A DNA stretch of 64,000 nucleotides from an uncultured Chloroflexia bacterium (GTDB lineage Bacteria > Chloroflexota > Anaerolineae > B4-G1 > SLSP01). The translations under genes and the position numbers were made by a program. Positions 41,143 to 52,270 of this stretch are shown here, piece by piece. The DNA is taken from positions 96,001 to 160,000 of the forward strand of contig CAVVUS010000018.1 of assembly GCA_963751345.1 (NCBI GenBank), read 5' to 3'. Under the pieces are notes generated by a model that worked only from the letters and a program-made list of their open reading frames with translations, did not search any database and had not been told where the DNA came from. The number at the start of each line of letters is the position of its first letter. Within the stretch, counting starts at the first letter, position 1.

Positions 41143-41742
41143 ATGGTAGCAGGAAACTCCGGCCAAAGTTGTTGCGTTGTCGATGACTTCACTCGAGATC
41201 TGCTGGGCGATGACTGGACTATCTACAACGGAGACGTCGGCATTGTCAATAAGCAGGATGTGGGCGTGCTCTCCAAGGTAGTGGAGTTGAGGGGAATGGG
41301 CCTCGCTGCGTGGTCGGGCACGGCTTGTTCGGCTGACCAATTCTCTGAGGCCACGATCTCTGTGGCTGCAGATGCCAGGTGCATATACCAGGTATTTGTC
41401 AGGCGCCGAGAGTCCGATCGTGCTAGGTACGGGTTCCATTGTGTGTTGCTGGACGCAGATGGACAGCTGAACCCCAACCCGGAGTGGGGGCTGAAACTCG
41501 ACGGCGTGCCTGGGGGGACAGTCCTAGCCGCGGTATCGGGCCCCCGTCTCTTGCCCGGTGACACGCTACGCATTGAGGCACGCGGCAACGTGATCCGGGG
41601 CCTACACAATGGCGTGGAACTCCTGAGTGCATGGGATGACACGTTGACCGAGCCTGGGCAACCAGGGATAGTGATGAATGTGGCTTTGGTGACCTCCTTT
41701 CCCGCACCCGTGTATAGCTGTTGGCGCGGTGGAAATCTCTGA
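41143..41742 (+). CDS. Hypothetical protein, probable beta-sandwich (ConA-like) fold
   Basis: 199 aa with aaggag RBS; the TLRIEARGNVIRGLHNGVELLS...GQPGI pattern resembles lectin/glucanase beta-sandwiches. Confidence 0.6.
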   Translation: MVAGNSGQSCCVVDDFTRDLLGDDWTIYNGDVGIVNKQDVGVLSKVVELRGMGLAAWSGTACSADQFSEATISVAADARCIYQVFVRRRESDRARYGFHCVLLDADGQLNPNPEWGLKLDGVPGGTVLAAVSGPRLLPGDTLRIEARGNVIRGLHNGVELLSAWDDTLTEPGQPGIVMNVALVTSFPAPVYSCWRGGNL

Positions 41743-41935
41743 GCAGGTTGGAGCGTTGTCTTGGCATCTTCGGGTCCAGACCCGTTCATAGAGAGGAATC
41801 AGGTCGGATGAGGAGGTGGTCGGAACGAGGACTACGTAAGAGGAGAAGCGGCCCACGGTCTAGTGGCAACACAGATGTCTGGTCAGTGGCCCCGCTCTCG
41901 GGGCATCCGAGAGTAGTAACGTATGGAGGAAATCG

Positions 41936-43369
41936 ATGAAGCAGAGAAAGCAATTCAGTCGTCGTGAGTTTCTGAAGCTGGCCTCTGTGGCCGCATTCAG
42001 CGGTGCTCTGGTGTCCTGTTCGAAAGCACCCGCAACGCCAGTCTCCGACGCGTCCTCGGATGAGCCCGAGGCCGTAGTGGCCACAGTGCAACCCATGGAA
42101 GACGTGGAAATCACCGTGATCATGTACGGCAACATACTCACTGAGAACGACCCCGGGGCTCCCTTCTACACAGAGTTTCTGATGGAGCTCAACGATCAGG
42201 GCAAGGGCGTCCACGTCAGCTACGAGCCGTACCCCGGAGGTACCGAGTACAACACGAAGCTGCGCATGATGACGGCCGCCGACGAGTTTAAGGACCATAT
42301 ATTCTTCGGCAACTGGCAACCGATATCCGAATGTGTGTTGGATAGCCTGATCCTGCCGATAGACGATCTGATGGCTGCGGCAGGTGTATCTGCCGATGAG
42401 TGGATTCCCGCGACCGTCGCGCAAATGCGGTATGATCCGCTAACCAGGACGGCAGGTGAGGGTAAGATGTGGGCGCTGCCATACCAGGCGAACTCCGGCG
42501 CCGCGTTCATCTTCACGAATGTGGACATGGTCAAGGCCGCGGGCGAAGAACCACCTACGGATGACTCGACCGCGCTCGACCTCGAGAGGATCGCTACAGC
42601 GGTGGCGAAGCCCGATCAGGGGATCTTCGGCATGCAGAGCAACCTGTGGGGCACGACGCACTCGATCGGGTGGGACCAGTCCTATGTCGCCCCGTTCGGT
42701 GGGTACGTCCTGGACGAGACGGGCACCAAGTGCCTCATCAACTCTGATGCGTGTGTCGAGTCATACAAGTGGGAGTACGATATCCGCCACGTCAAGCATA
42801 TCGCCGCCACGCCCGACGAGGTGACTGCCTACGGGAACTACAGTGAGGGTTCACTGAACAACAAGCTGGCTATGTTCCGTATGGGAGGATGGGGAGGCCA
42901 GCGGTACCGAATGCGGCCGGAGAATGCGAATCCGGAGATGACCTTCTGCCTCGTTCCGGCTTCCTACGATGGACGAGCCGACGGGCGACGTGGCAACAAC
43001 CTGACCCACGACTATTACGCCATTGCCGCACGCTCTCAGCACCCCGACGCGGCCTTCACGGTGCTCCAATGGATGACCGGACATGAGGCTGCGTTGTTCA
43101 TGGCGAAAGCGCTCGACAGCATTATGCCGCGGTTTGACCTTCTGAACGATCCTGCACTGGATGACATGCCGGTGTCGAAGAAGCATGCCGCTGCGGTCCT
43201 TGCCGCTGAGATTCCCCAGTCTGCTGCCAACCTGCGTGACACTGAGATCAATGATCTGATGGCGCAGAGATTCCAGACTGTGGATACAGGCGAGACGGTG
43301 CCGGACAAGGCCTTCCTCGACTCGCTTGCTGAGGAGATCCAGGCCATCCTCGATATGCCGAAGCCCTGA
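41936..43369 (+). CDS. Carbohydrate ABC transporter substrate-binding lipoprotein (Tat signal)
   Basis: SRREFLK Tat motif, LVSC lipobox, WALPY and HPDAAF; permeases lie downstream. Confidence 0.88.
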   Translation: MKQRKQFSRREFLKLASVAAFSGALVSCSKAPATPVSDASSDEPEAVVATVQPMEDVEITVIMYGNILTENDPGAPFYTEFLMELNDQGKGVHVSYEPYPGGTEYNTKLRMMTAADEFKDHIFFGNWQPISECVLDSLILPIDDLMAAAGVSADEWIPATVAQMRYDPLTRTAGEGKMWALPYQANSGAAFIFTNVDMVKAAGEEPPTDDSTALDLERIATAVAKPDQGIFGMQSNLWGTTHSIGWDQSYVAPFGGYVLDETGTKCLINSDACVESYKWEYDIRHVKHIAATPDEVTAYGNYSEGSLNNKLAMFRMGGWGGQRYRMRPENANPEMTFCLVPASYDGRADGRRGNNLTHDYYAIAARSQHPDAAFTVLQWMTGHEAALFMAKALDSIMPRFDLLNDPALDDMPVSKKHAAAVLAAEIPQSAANLRDTEINDLMAQRFQTVDTGETVPDKAFLDSLAEEIQAILDMPKP

Positions 43370-43475
43370 CGATCGACTGCTAAGGTTAGTTGAGTGTTCT
43401 GCCGGGGTGCGAGCTCAGGGCTCGTGCCCCGGCAGGGCTCCCCTGATCTCTTGTGTTCCGATGTAAGGTGATCTC

Positions 43476-44264
43476 TTGAGCGAGGAACTGATCGCGTTTC
43501 ACAGCCATGGGTTGAGACTGTACGGCATGCTCCACCGGCCTGAGGGCACGGAGGCGTGCCCGGCAGTAATGCTCCTGCACGGACTGACAGGTGAGCGTTG
43601 CGAGTCCCATCGCATCTTCGTTAAGCTAGCCCGGCGCCTGGCGAGTGCCGGTGTTGCGGCACTGCGCTTCGACTTCTGTGGCTCAGGAGAGAGCGAGGGC
43701 GACTTTGCAGATGTCACCATCTCGCGTTGGGTGGATGACGCTCTAGCGGGTCTGGACTGGTTGTCCCAGCTGCCGGGTATTGATGCGGAGCGGCTGGGTG
43801 TTCTGGGTCTAAGTATGGGTGGGACCACAGCCGCGGTTGTTGCCGGTCAACGAGGTGACCAGGTCAAGGCGCTTGTACTGTGGTCGGCGGCAGCGGATCC
43901 AGAGAGAGCCATCCATGGATGGCTTCAAAGGGCAAAGCCGGGTGTAGTGGGCGCTGGCTATGATGTTGGGGGCAACTTGCTGGGCCAAGGCTTTATGCTC
44001 GACGTCGGCGCCATACATCCGACCCTAGAGTTGGCTCATTATTGCGGTCATGCACTTATCGTCCAGGGCATACAGGACAGCATCGTACCGTTCACCGATG
44101 CCGATCTATTTGCCAGCGCTTTGGCGGGGCGCGCCCGGAAACATATGGTGTCTGGCGCAGATCACACGTTTACAAGCGTGGCTTGGGAGCGAGAGGTTCT
44201 TGACGCGACAGCCGAGTTCCTCCAGTCGGTGTTCTTTGGCATCCGTACCGCGCCCGTGTGTTGA
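43476..44264 (+). CDS. Alpha/beta hydrolase
   Basis: LLHGLTG, RFDFCGSGESEG, GLSMGG nucleophile and GADH. Confidence 0.88.
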   Translation: MSEELIAFHSHGLRLYGMLHRPEGTEACPAVMLLHGLTGERCESHRIFVKLARRLASAGVAALRFDFCGSGESEGDFADVTISRWVDDALAGLDWLSQLPGIDAERLGVLGLSMGGTTAAVVAGQRGDQVKALVLWSAAADPERAIHGWLQRAKPGVVGAGYDVGGNLLGQGFMLDVGAIHPTLELAHYCGHALIVQGIQDSIVPFTDADLFASALAGRARKHMVSGADHTFTSVAWEREVLDATAEFLQSVFFGIRTAPVC

Positions 44265-44281
44265 TTCCCGGAGACCAGCCT

Positions 44282-45076
44282 ATGGCATTCATTCAGTGCG
44301 ACTTTGTGTCTCGGGCGGTCCGGATGCGTATGTCGATGAACGTGATCCTGCCCGACCCCATAGGTCTCACTACAAACCAACCGAAACCCGCCGTGGTGAG
44401 ACATCCGACGCTGTACCTGCTCCACGGATTGTCCGAAGACCACACGTCTTGGCAACGGTTCACGGGCATTGAACGGTATGCAGAAAAGGCTGGCCTCGCG
44501 GTGGTGATGCCTGCTGTGCACCGTAGCTTCTATGCGGATGGCGTTCACGGGTACAAGTATTGGGCTTTCATCAGCGAGGAACTACCGGCAGTCGCGCAGG
44601 CGCTCTTCCCTCTCTCGTCTTCTCGTGAAGACACCTTTGTTGCTGGCGCATCTATGGGTGGATATGGCGCACTGAAGCTGGCCCTGACCTTCCCCGAGCG
44701 ATATGCGGCGGCTGCCAGTCTGGCGGGTGTCGTCGACCTGTATCGTATTCTCACCAGGGAAGGTGACGACCACCAGTCCGATGTCAGCATCGTCTTTGAG
44801 AACCCTGAGCATATACCGGGAAGTGACAACGACCTTCTTCATTTGTCGGACCGAGTGGCTGCATCGCGGTGCCCGGTGCCTCTTCTCTACCTAGCCTGTG
44901 GCACCGAAGATCCCACATATCGGGTGAACGTGAGTTTCCGGTCGTACCTGGAATCGCTTGGCCTTGACGTGCTGTATGAAGAGAGTAGAGGGGGGCACAC
45001 CTGGGACTGGTGGGATCAGCAGATCGCAAAGGTGATTGACTGGCTGCCCGTCAGGCAGCGGGAACACAGGCCGTGA
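44282..45076 (+). CDS. Esterase (CE1/tributyrin esterase-like)
   Basis: TLYLLHGLS, GASMGGYGA, CGTED and GGHTWDWW. Confidence 0.88.
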   Translation: MAFIQCDFVSRAVRMRMSMNVILPDPIGLTTNQPKPAVVRHPTLYLLHGLSEDHTSWQRFTGIERYAEKAGLAVVMPAVHRSFYADGVHGYKYWAFISEELPAVAQALFPLSSSREDTFVAGASMGGYGALKLALTFPERYAAAASLAGVVDLYRILTREGDDHQSDVSIVFENPEHIPGSDNDLLHLSDRVAASRCPVPLLYLACGTEDPTYRVNVSFRSYLESLGLDVLYEESRGGHTWDWWDQQIAKVIDWLPVRQREHRP

Positions 45077-45113
45077 GCGCAGGATGGGCAATGCTACTAC
45101 AGAGGGTGAACTT

Positions 45114-46034
45114 ATGACAGGTGCAAAGTTGGCAAGTCATACACGGCGTTTGGCCAGCCGAGGATCGACGTGGCGATATGTGATCGTAGCTAGGTTGGGG
45201 CGGCTCCTGACCTACTTGGTTGCGGTCGCTGTAGCAGTGGTCTCCCTCATGCCTGTTATCTGGACGGTATCTACATCGTTCAAAGGCTTTGAGAGCATTA
45301 TGACGCTGCCGCCCAAGTTGATCCCTGAGAAGTTCGAATGGCAGAACTACATGTACGTCATCTCTGGTATGGGGGGAGTTCTACCTTTCTACCGATGGCT
45401 GATCAACTCCGTAGTGCTGGTGGCGGTCAACCTGGTGGGTGAGATCGCATTTGCGGCGATCGCTGGTTTTGGCTTCGCCCGGTTTCGGTTCCGCCTCCGC
45501 AACGTCATGTTTGTATGTATGCTGAGCAGTGCGGTCATACCCGGCATGGTGCAGTTGCTGCCGCGGTACCTGATGTTCGCCAAGTGGGGGTGGACAAACA
45601 CCTACTTGCCACTGACAATCCCGAATTGGTTCGGGAGTGTATTCCTTGTGTTCCTGTTCCGGCAGTACTTCGTGACCATACCGAAGTCGTTGGACGAGGC
45701 CGCTGTTATCGACGGCGCCTCGACTTGGACAATCTTCACCAAGATCATCCTGCCCCTTTCCAAGCCTGTGCTGTCGACTGCTGCAGTGCTCGTGTTTATC
45801 AGCAACTGGAACGACTTCTGGGGCCCTTTCATCTACCTGCACGAAATGAAGAAGTTCACCTTAGCGGTGGGTCTGCAGTACCTCACCAGAGCGATTGCCT
45901 CTTTCCTGGACGTGCCGAAGGAGCCCGTTCTGTCGGCCTATGCGGTCTTGATCGCCACCCCCGTCATCCTAGCGTTCTTCATCTTTCAGAGGCAGTTTGT
46001 TCAGGGCATTCAGCTATCCGCGTCCAAGGAGTAG
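45114..46034 (+). CDS. Carbohydrate ABC permease (MalG-like)
   Basis: IPKSLDEAAVIDGA EAA motif, WNDFWGP and FQRQFVQGI. Confidence 0.9.
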   Translation: MTGAKLASHTRRLASRGSTWRYVIVARLGRLLTYLVAVAVAVVSLMPVIWTVSTSFKGFESIMTLPPKLIPEKFEWQNYMYVISGMGGVLPFYRWLINSVVLVAVNLVGEIAFAAIAGFGFARFRFRLRNVMFVCMLSSAVIPGMVQLLPRYLMFAKWGWTNTYLPLTIPNWFGSVFLVFLFRQYFVTIPKSLDEAAVIDGASTWTIFTKIILPLSKPVLSTAAVLVFISNWNDFWGPFIYLHEMKKFTLAVGLQYLTRAIASFLDVPKEPVLSAYAVLIATPVILAFFIFQRQFVQGIQLSASKE

Positions 46035-46102
46035 CGGTCGACCCTTGTCGTTGGCCGGACTTGTATCGTGGTGGTGATGTTGGCACGAAAGAGGAGCTAT
46101 CG

Positions 46103-47067
46103 ATGAACCTCCAACAAGCTAGTGCAGGTTTAGTACATTCGAGCAAGCGGGGGCTGCTGACAAAGCTGCCGCGCCGGGAGGAGATCGCCGGCTATATCTG
46201 GACCTCGCCCTGGTGGATCGGCTTCCTGGTATTCAGCCTCTATCCTATGCTGCAGGCCTCTACTACTCTTTCACCAATGCCAGGTGGGTGGGGGAGTCGT
46301 CCTGGGTGGGGCTCCAGAATTACATCTTTGCTTTGACGCAGGATAGGCTGTTCTGGGGAGCTCTGCGAAACACGCTCTATTACTCCTTCGCCGTGGTACC
46401 GCTCGGCCTTGCTGGCTCGCTGTTCGCTGCCACCCTTCTTAACCAGAGACTCAAGGGCGAGAACGGGTTCGTACAGCCTTCTATGTGCCCTCCCTGATGC
46501 CGTCTGTCGCTCTGGTCACGATTAGACGTGGATCTTAAACCCTACTTTCGACCTCCTGAACCAGTTCCTGGCGATATTCGGCATTTCTGGGCCCGGGTGG
46601 TTGGCGTCTCCGGACTGGGCCATGCCTGGGCTGATCCTGATGGCCGTGTGGGGATCCTTCGGCGGAACATCCATGTTAGTGTCCTCTCGTCACTGCAGAG
46701 CATCCCCGAGGATCTGTACGAAATTCGTGCCCTGGACGGAGGTAATGCATACCACAAGTTGGTCTACGTCACACTACCCATGATCACACCCGCCATCCTG
46801 TTCAACCTGGTCATGGGGATCATTGGCTCATTCCAGTCATTCCTCTACTCATTTCTCGCGCCGACTGTGCCGGGTGGCCCGAATTTCGCCACGTACACCT
46901 TAGGTTTGCACATATACAACAGCGGCTTTGTGGACGGGCGTCTTGGTGCCGCTTCAGCACTGGCGTGGCTGCTTTTCCTGGTGGTTTTGGCGGCCGTGCT
47001 CATCAACTACAAGCTCTCAGGTAAATGGGTCTTTATCAGCAGCATGGCGGAGGATGGCATGAGTTGA
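46103..47067 (+). CDS. Carbohydrate ABC permease (MalF/UgpA-like), several frameshifts
   Basis: SPWWIGFLVF, WVGLQNY, LQSIPEDLYE...DGG and TLPMITPAILFNLV. Confidence 0.82.
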
Positions 47068-47185
47068 TACGGGTACCCCTGTCGGCTACTAGGCACGCTT
47101 ACGTGTGCTTGGGTTAGAAGCCCAGCCGCGAGCTACTCCTGAGTACTCACGGCAGACTAGACCAGAACTCTAGCGGAGGAGCACA

Positions 47186-48167
47186 ATGCGACCAAAGATC
47201 GGGCTATACAGTGTTACCTATGCCGGTATGTGGTATGACGGTCCGGCGTCAGCCTTAAGGCGTTTGTGGATCGCGCACAGCAGTTTGGGTTCGACGGTGT
47301 GGAACTGGATTGCCGTGCGCCCCATGCCCTTCCCTACTTGCTCAGCATCGACGATCGCAAAGAGATCGCTGACTACATTGGCGAGAAAGGGTTGGGGTTA
47401 GCGGCGCTGGCAGCCAACAATGACTTCTCCAGTCCCGTGACCGAGCATCGCGATGCGAACGTCCAGATGGTCGTCGAGATGATCAGGCTATGCAGGGACT
47501 TGGGAGCTCCTGTACTTCGCATCTTCACAGCCTGGCAAGGGAGTGGATTCCTCAACGGGCGTGGCACCTACGAGGTAGCGCGGCCGGGCTATGCGATGGC
47601 CTTCCCACAGATACCGGAGATGGATCAGCTGGAAGTACTACCTCGATGCGTTCCGGATCGTAGCCAGGTATGCAGAGGACTATGGCGTTGTCCTGGCGCT
47701 CCAGGAACCATCCCCCAATCGTGCGGAACTCGGCCGACTGCCTCACGATGGCCGAGGAGGTCAACTCGCCCTATTTCAGACTCGAGCTTTGACATCTCAG
47801 GAGAGCGGGCCTGGCAACAGACGGACTGGCTTCTGCAGCAGGCCCATCTGATCGGTGACCGGTGGGCGCACAGTCACTTCGCTGGTGATTTCAGGCGCAA
47901 CGAAGAAGGCGTGGTTGAGCGGGTCCCGGCTTCTTGGGACGTGTGCTGAGCCCAACTGAAGGCGTTATGTCGTGGAATTTCGATGCGTGGGTCCGGGCCA
48001 TGTTCGAGGTCGGCTACAAGGGCTACGTCAGCTATGAGGCCTGTACTCCGACGTACTTGCCCAACGGAGAACTCGTCTCAATTGAGACCATCGATGACCG
48101 CGTGCAACTTGCTCGTGACTTCATGCTTCAGATGTTTGAGAGGCATGCAACTCAGGGAGAGTGCTAA
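47186..48167 (+). CDS. Sugar phosphate isomerase/epimerase (AP_endonuc_2 TIM barrel), frameshifted
   Basis: GFDGVEL, LGAPVLRIF and GYKGYVSYE. Confidence 0.78.
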
Positions 48168-48182
48168 TGGCAGAAAGAGCAT

Positions 48183-49280
48183 GTGAGGTACGCAGTCATT
48201 GGTTGTGGATCGGTTTCGTGGAATCGATACTTCAAAGATGGAAACTGGGAAGCGGTCGTCGCGGCTGGAGGCGAGTTGGTCGCTGTCTGTGACACAGACC
48301 GGGCGCGAGCCATCCGACCGGCTGAGAAGTTTGCTGTACCGTATTTCCTCGACCTGGACGATATGCTGCGTGAGGTTGACTTCGACTTGCTTGTCAACCT
48401 CACTAACCTGCCGGCCCACTATCCGCTTAGTCTACGAGGCCTGGAGGCTGGTAAGCATATCTACACTCAGAAGCCGATGGCACTCACGGTGCCCCAGGCA
48501 ACTGCGCTGATCGAGGCTGCCGCCGAGCAGGAAACTCAAGCTGGTTGCGGAAGAGGCCTCGGCGATCCTACCTGTCAATATCGCCATCCGTACGCTGTTG
48601 GATAGTGGCACCATTGGGAAGGTGACGTGGATAAGGTCAACGTGCACTCATTGGGGCCCTGCTTACATTGACAACTGGCCGACCGACCCGACATCGGTTC
48701 TATCAGAAGGGTGGCGGCCCACTGCGGGATGTGGGTGTCGAGCGCCTGCACACGCTTACCTATCTGCTCGGGCCGGCAAGACGTGTGACCGCGATGTCCG
48801 GCATCAATCAGCCGGAGGTGGTCGTCCGTGGCGGTCCCAATATGGGCATGAAGATCGAGGTCACAGAAGTGGCATTTTCCCTTTGTTGATCCTCGAGTTT
48901 GAAGACTCGAGATACGCCATCCTCGAATGCAGCTTGGGTCAATACGCGGGCAACACAGACACCGCGGATGGAGATTTACGGACGGGGAGGTGTGATCAGC
49001 TTGCCTCACACCGGACACCCCAAGGGCGGCACCATCCAGCTTTATCGTGATCAACCGGAGCTGGGTATCCGAGGTTGGATGGAGGTCGATGAGATTCCAC
49101 CTGTGCATCCTGTAGCGCCATTGGGCATCATTGGTCTCGTGCACGCCGTCGAGTGCATCCTGCAGGACGTCAAGCCGGTCTTTGAGCGGCGAGCATGCGC
49201 GACACTGTATCGAGATCATGGAGAAAGCGTTCCTGTCTGCGAAGACAGGCTGCGTCCAGCAACTTGAAACGACTTTCTAG
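48183..49280 (+). CDS. Gfo/Idh/MocA oxidoreductase, frameshifted
   Basis: YAVIGCGSVS, QKPMA and GGGPLRDVG. Confidence 0.8.
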
Positions 49281-49323
49281 AGTGCAATGACGTCGCCGGA
49301 TATCACAGGACGAGGTGTGGGGG

Positions 49324-50391
49324 ATGGAGCCGACTGGCAGGACAAGGCTGTGGCCTCGAGGGCCTATCGACGCTCTGGAAGGCACGGACACGCTCAATCT
49401 CTGCTGAGAACCCGACAGGTCGAAAGGGTGGCGGCGCGCGGTGCTGAGCCTGATCCGCAGAAGCGCGAGAAGCTGGATGATGGGGCGACGCTGGAAGGTG
49501 CGGCCCTGCATCAGCCTCGAACCACACACGACGGTGACGCTTGCCGACATAGAAGGCCCAGGCGTTCTGCAGCACATGTGGATAACAGTTCGTGCTTCGG
49601 CCTATCGCTCTACGGTGCTTCGTCTCTACTGGGACGATGAGTCGACACCCTCTGTCAGAGCCGCTTGGGGGATTTCTTCTGTAACGGGCACGGGTTACGC
49701 TACAACGTACGCTCTCTACCTGTGGCGGTCAATCCTTCTGGCGGCTTTAACTGCTACTGGTCGATGCCTTTCCGCGAGCGTGCGCGCGTAACAATCGAGA
49801 ACGAGAGTTCGGACGCCGTCCCTGGGTTTTTCTACCAGATCACCTATAGCTTGCAGCCCGTGCCGCAATCCGCAGCCTACTTTCACGCACAGTGGCGGCG
49901 ATCAGTAACCCAGCGACGGCGTCCGGAGCACACCATCGTCGACGGTGTCCAGGGACCTGGACACTATGTAACACTTTCTTGGCTTGGACTCAGTTGTCTA
50001 ACGGGTGGTGGGGAGAAGGAGAGGTCAAGTTTTTCCTGGACGGCGATAGAGGATTGGCCAACGATCTGTGGCACCGGTACCGAGGACTACTTCGGGGGGG
50101 CCTGGGATTTCGGCCGAGAGAGACCTTCTCCTCTCCCTATTCTAGGGATACCCACTCTATCGCAAAGAGCCGGGTGAAGTCCCGCGTCACGGCATGTATC
50201 GCTGGCACGTTCTCGATCCGATACGTTTCCAACAGGATCTCCGGGTAACCGTGCAGGCGCTAGGTTGGTGGCCCAACGGCAAGTACGAGCCACTGACTGA
50301 TGATATTGCGTCGGTCGCTTACTGGTATCAGCTCGATCCGCACGTACCTTTCTCGACGCTGGCATCACTCGACCATCGCTGGTCACGATGA
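49324..50391 (+). CDS. DUF2961 / GH172 family glycosidase, frameshifted
   Basis: RSISAENPTG, GPGVLQHMWIT, LYWDDE, NCYWSMPF, WWGEGEVKFF, GTGTEDYFGGAW and DDIASVAYWYQ. Confidence 0.87.
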
Positions 50392-50542
50392 GGAGTCGCG
50401 TAGCGAGATTATCCTCGTATCGGTGGGGCATAGGCCCCAGGTGCCTACTGTGACGTAGGGTGGCGGTGTCTCAGTAGTGCACCAATTAAATGTGTACTTA
50501 GTCATTGGAGGCGGATAGATCAACGGGTTTGATTTCGCAGGA

Positions 50543-51405
50543 ATGATTGTGCCGATTCTGACGCCCTTCACCAAGGACGAGGCCCTTGACGAGGCGGCCC
50601 TCCGGAGGCTTGTCAGCCGCCTAGTGAGTGCCGGGATTCACGGCATTATGCCGGTGGGCAGCTCGGGTGAGTTCTGGGCCGTGGATGATGACGAGCGCTA
50701 CCGGATCCTTGAGATTGTATTGGATGAGGTGGCGGGGCGCGTGCCTGTGCTCGCAGGTACTTGCGCGATATGTACACGCAAGTCGATCGCATTGGCTCGG
50801 CGCGCTGAAGCTCTCCACGTGGACGCCCTCGTTGTTCTGACGCCGTTCTACGTCACACCCACGCAGGACGAACTAACTGCGCACTATAGCAAGATCGCAG
50901 ATAGTGTATCGCTGCCGGTGCTTCCGTATAACAACCCGAATCGAACCGGCGGCGTTGCTCTGGCCCCGGAGACAGTGGCTCACCTTGCTGCCGAAGGGGC
51001 CATTGTCGGCATCAAGGATTCCAGTGGCAACCTGGGGCTGGTGGCGGAGATAATCAACGGTGCCCCGAGAGCAGTTTCAACCTTTTCCAGGGTTGCGACG
51101 ATCTTCTGTTCGCGTCGCTTGCTATTGGCGCGGTCGGGGGCTGTGGCTCCGACGGCAACGTCACCCCAGAAATCGTGGTCGACCTATATGACGCCTTCAC
51201 AAACCAGGACTGGGATCGTTCGCGAGCGGCTCAGAGCAAGCTTACTGCCCTGAGGCGTGCCTCCGGCTGGAGCTCCTATCCGTCCGTTATCAAGGCCGCT
51301 ATGGAGTTGATGGGGGAGCCGGTCGGCCCTCCTCGCAGTCCCGTGCTCCCGCTTGGCGATGGGCTAGCCGAGCGCCTCCAGGGCGTTCTGGATAAGCTAT
51401 CATAG
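50543..51405 (+). CDS. DapA/NanA family class I aldolase/dehydratase, frameshifted; true start probably ~50516
   Basis: ILTPF, GSSGEF, YNNP and GIKDSSG (Schiff-base Lys). Confidence 0.82.
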
Positions 51406-51484
51406 GCATCGATCTTAGACCTGGCCGCTTGTGACTTCAGGAGACCGAGGTTGGGTTGCATCTATACGGAAAGGATACCGGAGC

Positions 51485-52255
51485 ATGGACGAGATGAAGG
51501 GTAAGGTAGCACTGATCACCGGCGCGAGTAGCGGCATTGGCAAGGCCTGTGCCTACCGATTCTCACGCGCTGGGGCCAACGTGTCCCTGGTCGCTCGGAC
51601 CGGCGAGGCCCTAGATGCAGTTGCTGCTGACATCAAGGGGCAAGGAGGGGGGGCGGTCGCGATTCCTGCTGACGTCACGGACGCCTATGAGATCGAGAGA
51701 GTCGTAGAGCTGACGGTCGATGCTTTCGGAGGCGTAGACGTGCTCGTCAACGCGGCCGGGATCATCGCCAACGGTACGGTGGAAACGACGCAACTCGATG
51801 ATTGGGATTACATGATGAACCTGAACGTGCGGGTGCCATTTTACCTCATGCAGTGTGCGCTCCCGTACCTTTCGGCGCGGCAAGGCAACGTTGTCAACGT
51901 GTCGAGCGTGACCGGCATTCGTGCGTTCCCCGGTGTTCTGGCCTATTGTGTGAGCAAGGCCGGCGTGTCACAGATGACCAGTTGCACCGCGCTGGAGCTG
52001 GCAGGCATAGGGGTGCGCGTGAATGCTGTGTGCCCTGGCGTGGTTGTTACCGAGCTGCATCGCCGTGGAGGGATGTCTGCAGATGCCTACGCGGCCTTCC
52101 TCGAGCACAGTAAAACCACACACCCGCTGGGACGGGTTGGGCAGGCGGAGGAGGTTGCGGACTTAATCTACTTCCTGGCCTCACCGCAGGCCGGATGGAT
52201 AACCGGAGCGAACATCCCGATCGATGGAGGACGAGCCCAGACATGCGCTCGTTAG
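51485..52255 (+). CDS. Short-chain dehydrogenase/reductase
   Basis: TGASSGIG, VNAAG and YCVSK. Confidence 0.92.
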   Translation: MDEMKGKVALITGASSGIGKACAYRFSRAGANVSLVARTGEALDAVAADIKGQGGGAVAIPADVTDAYEIERVVELTVDAFGGVDVLVNAAGIIANGTVETTQLDDWDYMMNLNVRVPFYLMQCALPYLSARQGNVVNVSSVTGIRAFPGVLAYCVSKAGVSQMTSCTALELAGIGVRVNAVCPGVVVTELHRRGGMSADAYAAFLEHSKTTHPLGRVGQAEEVADLIYFLASPQAGWITGANIPIDGGRAQTCAR

Positions 52256-52270
52256 GGAAAGTGTATTGAT

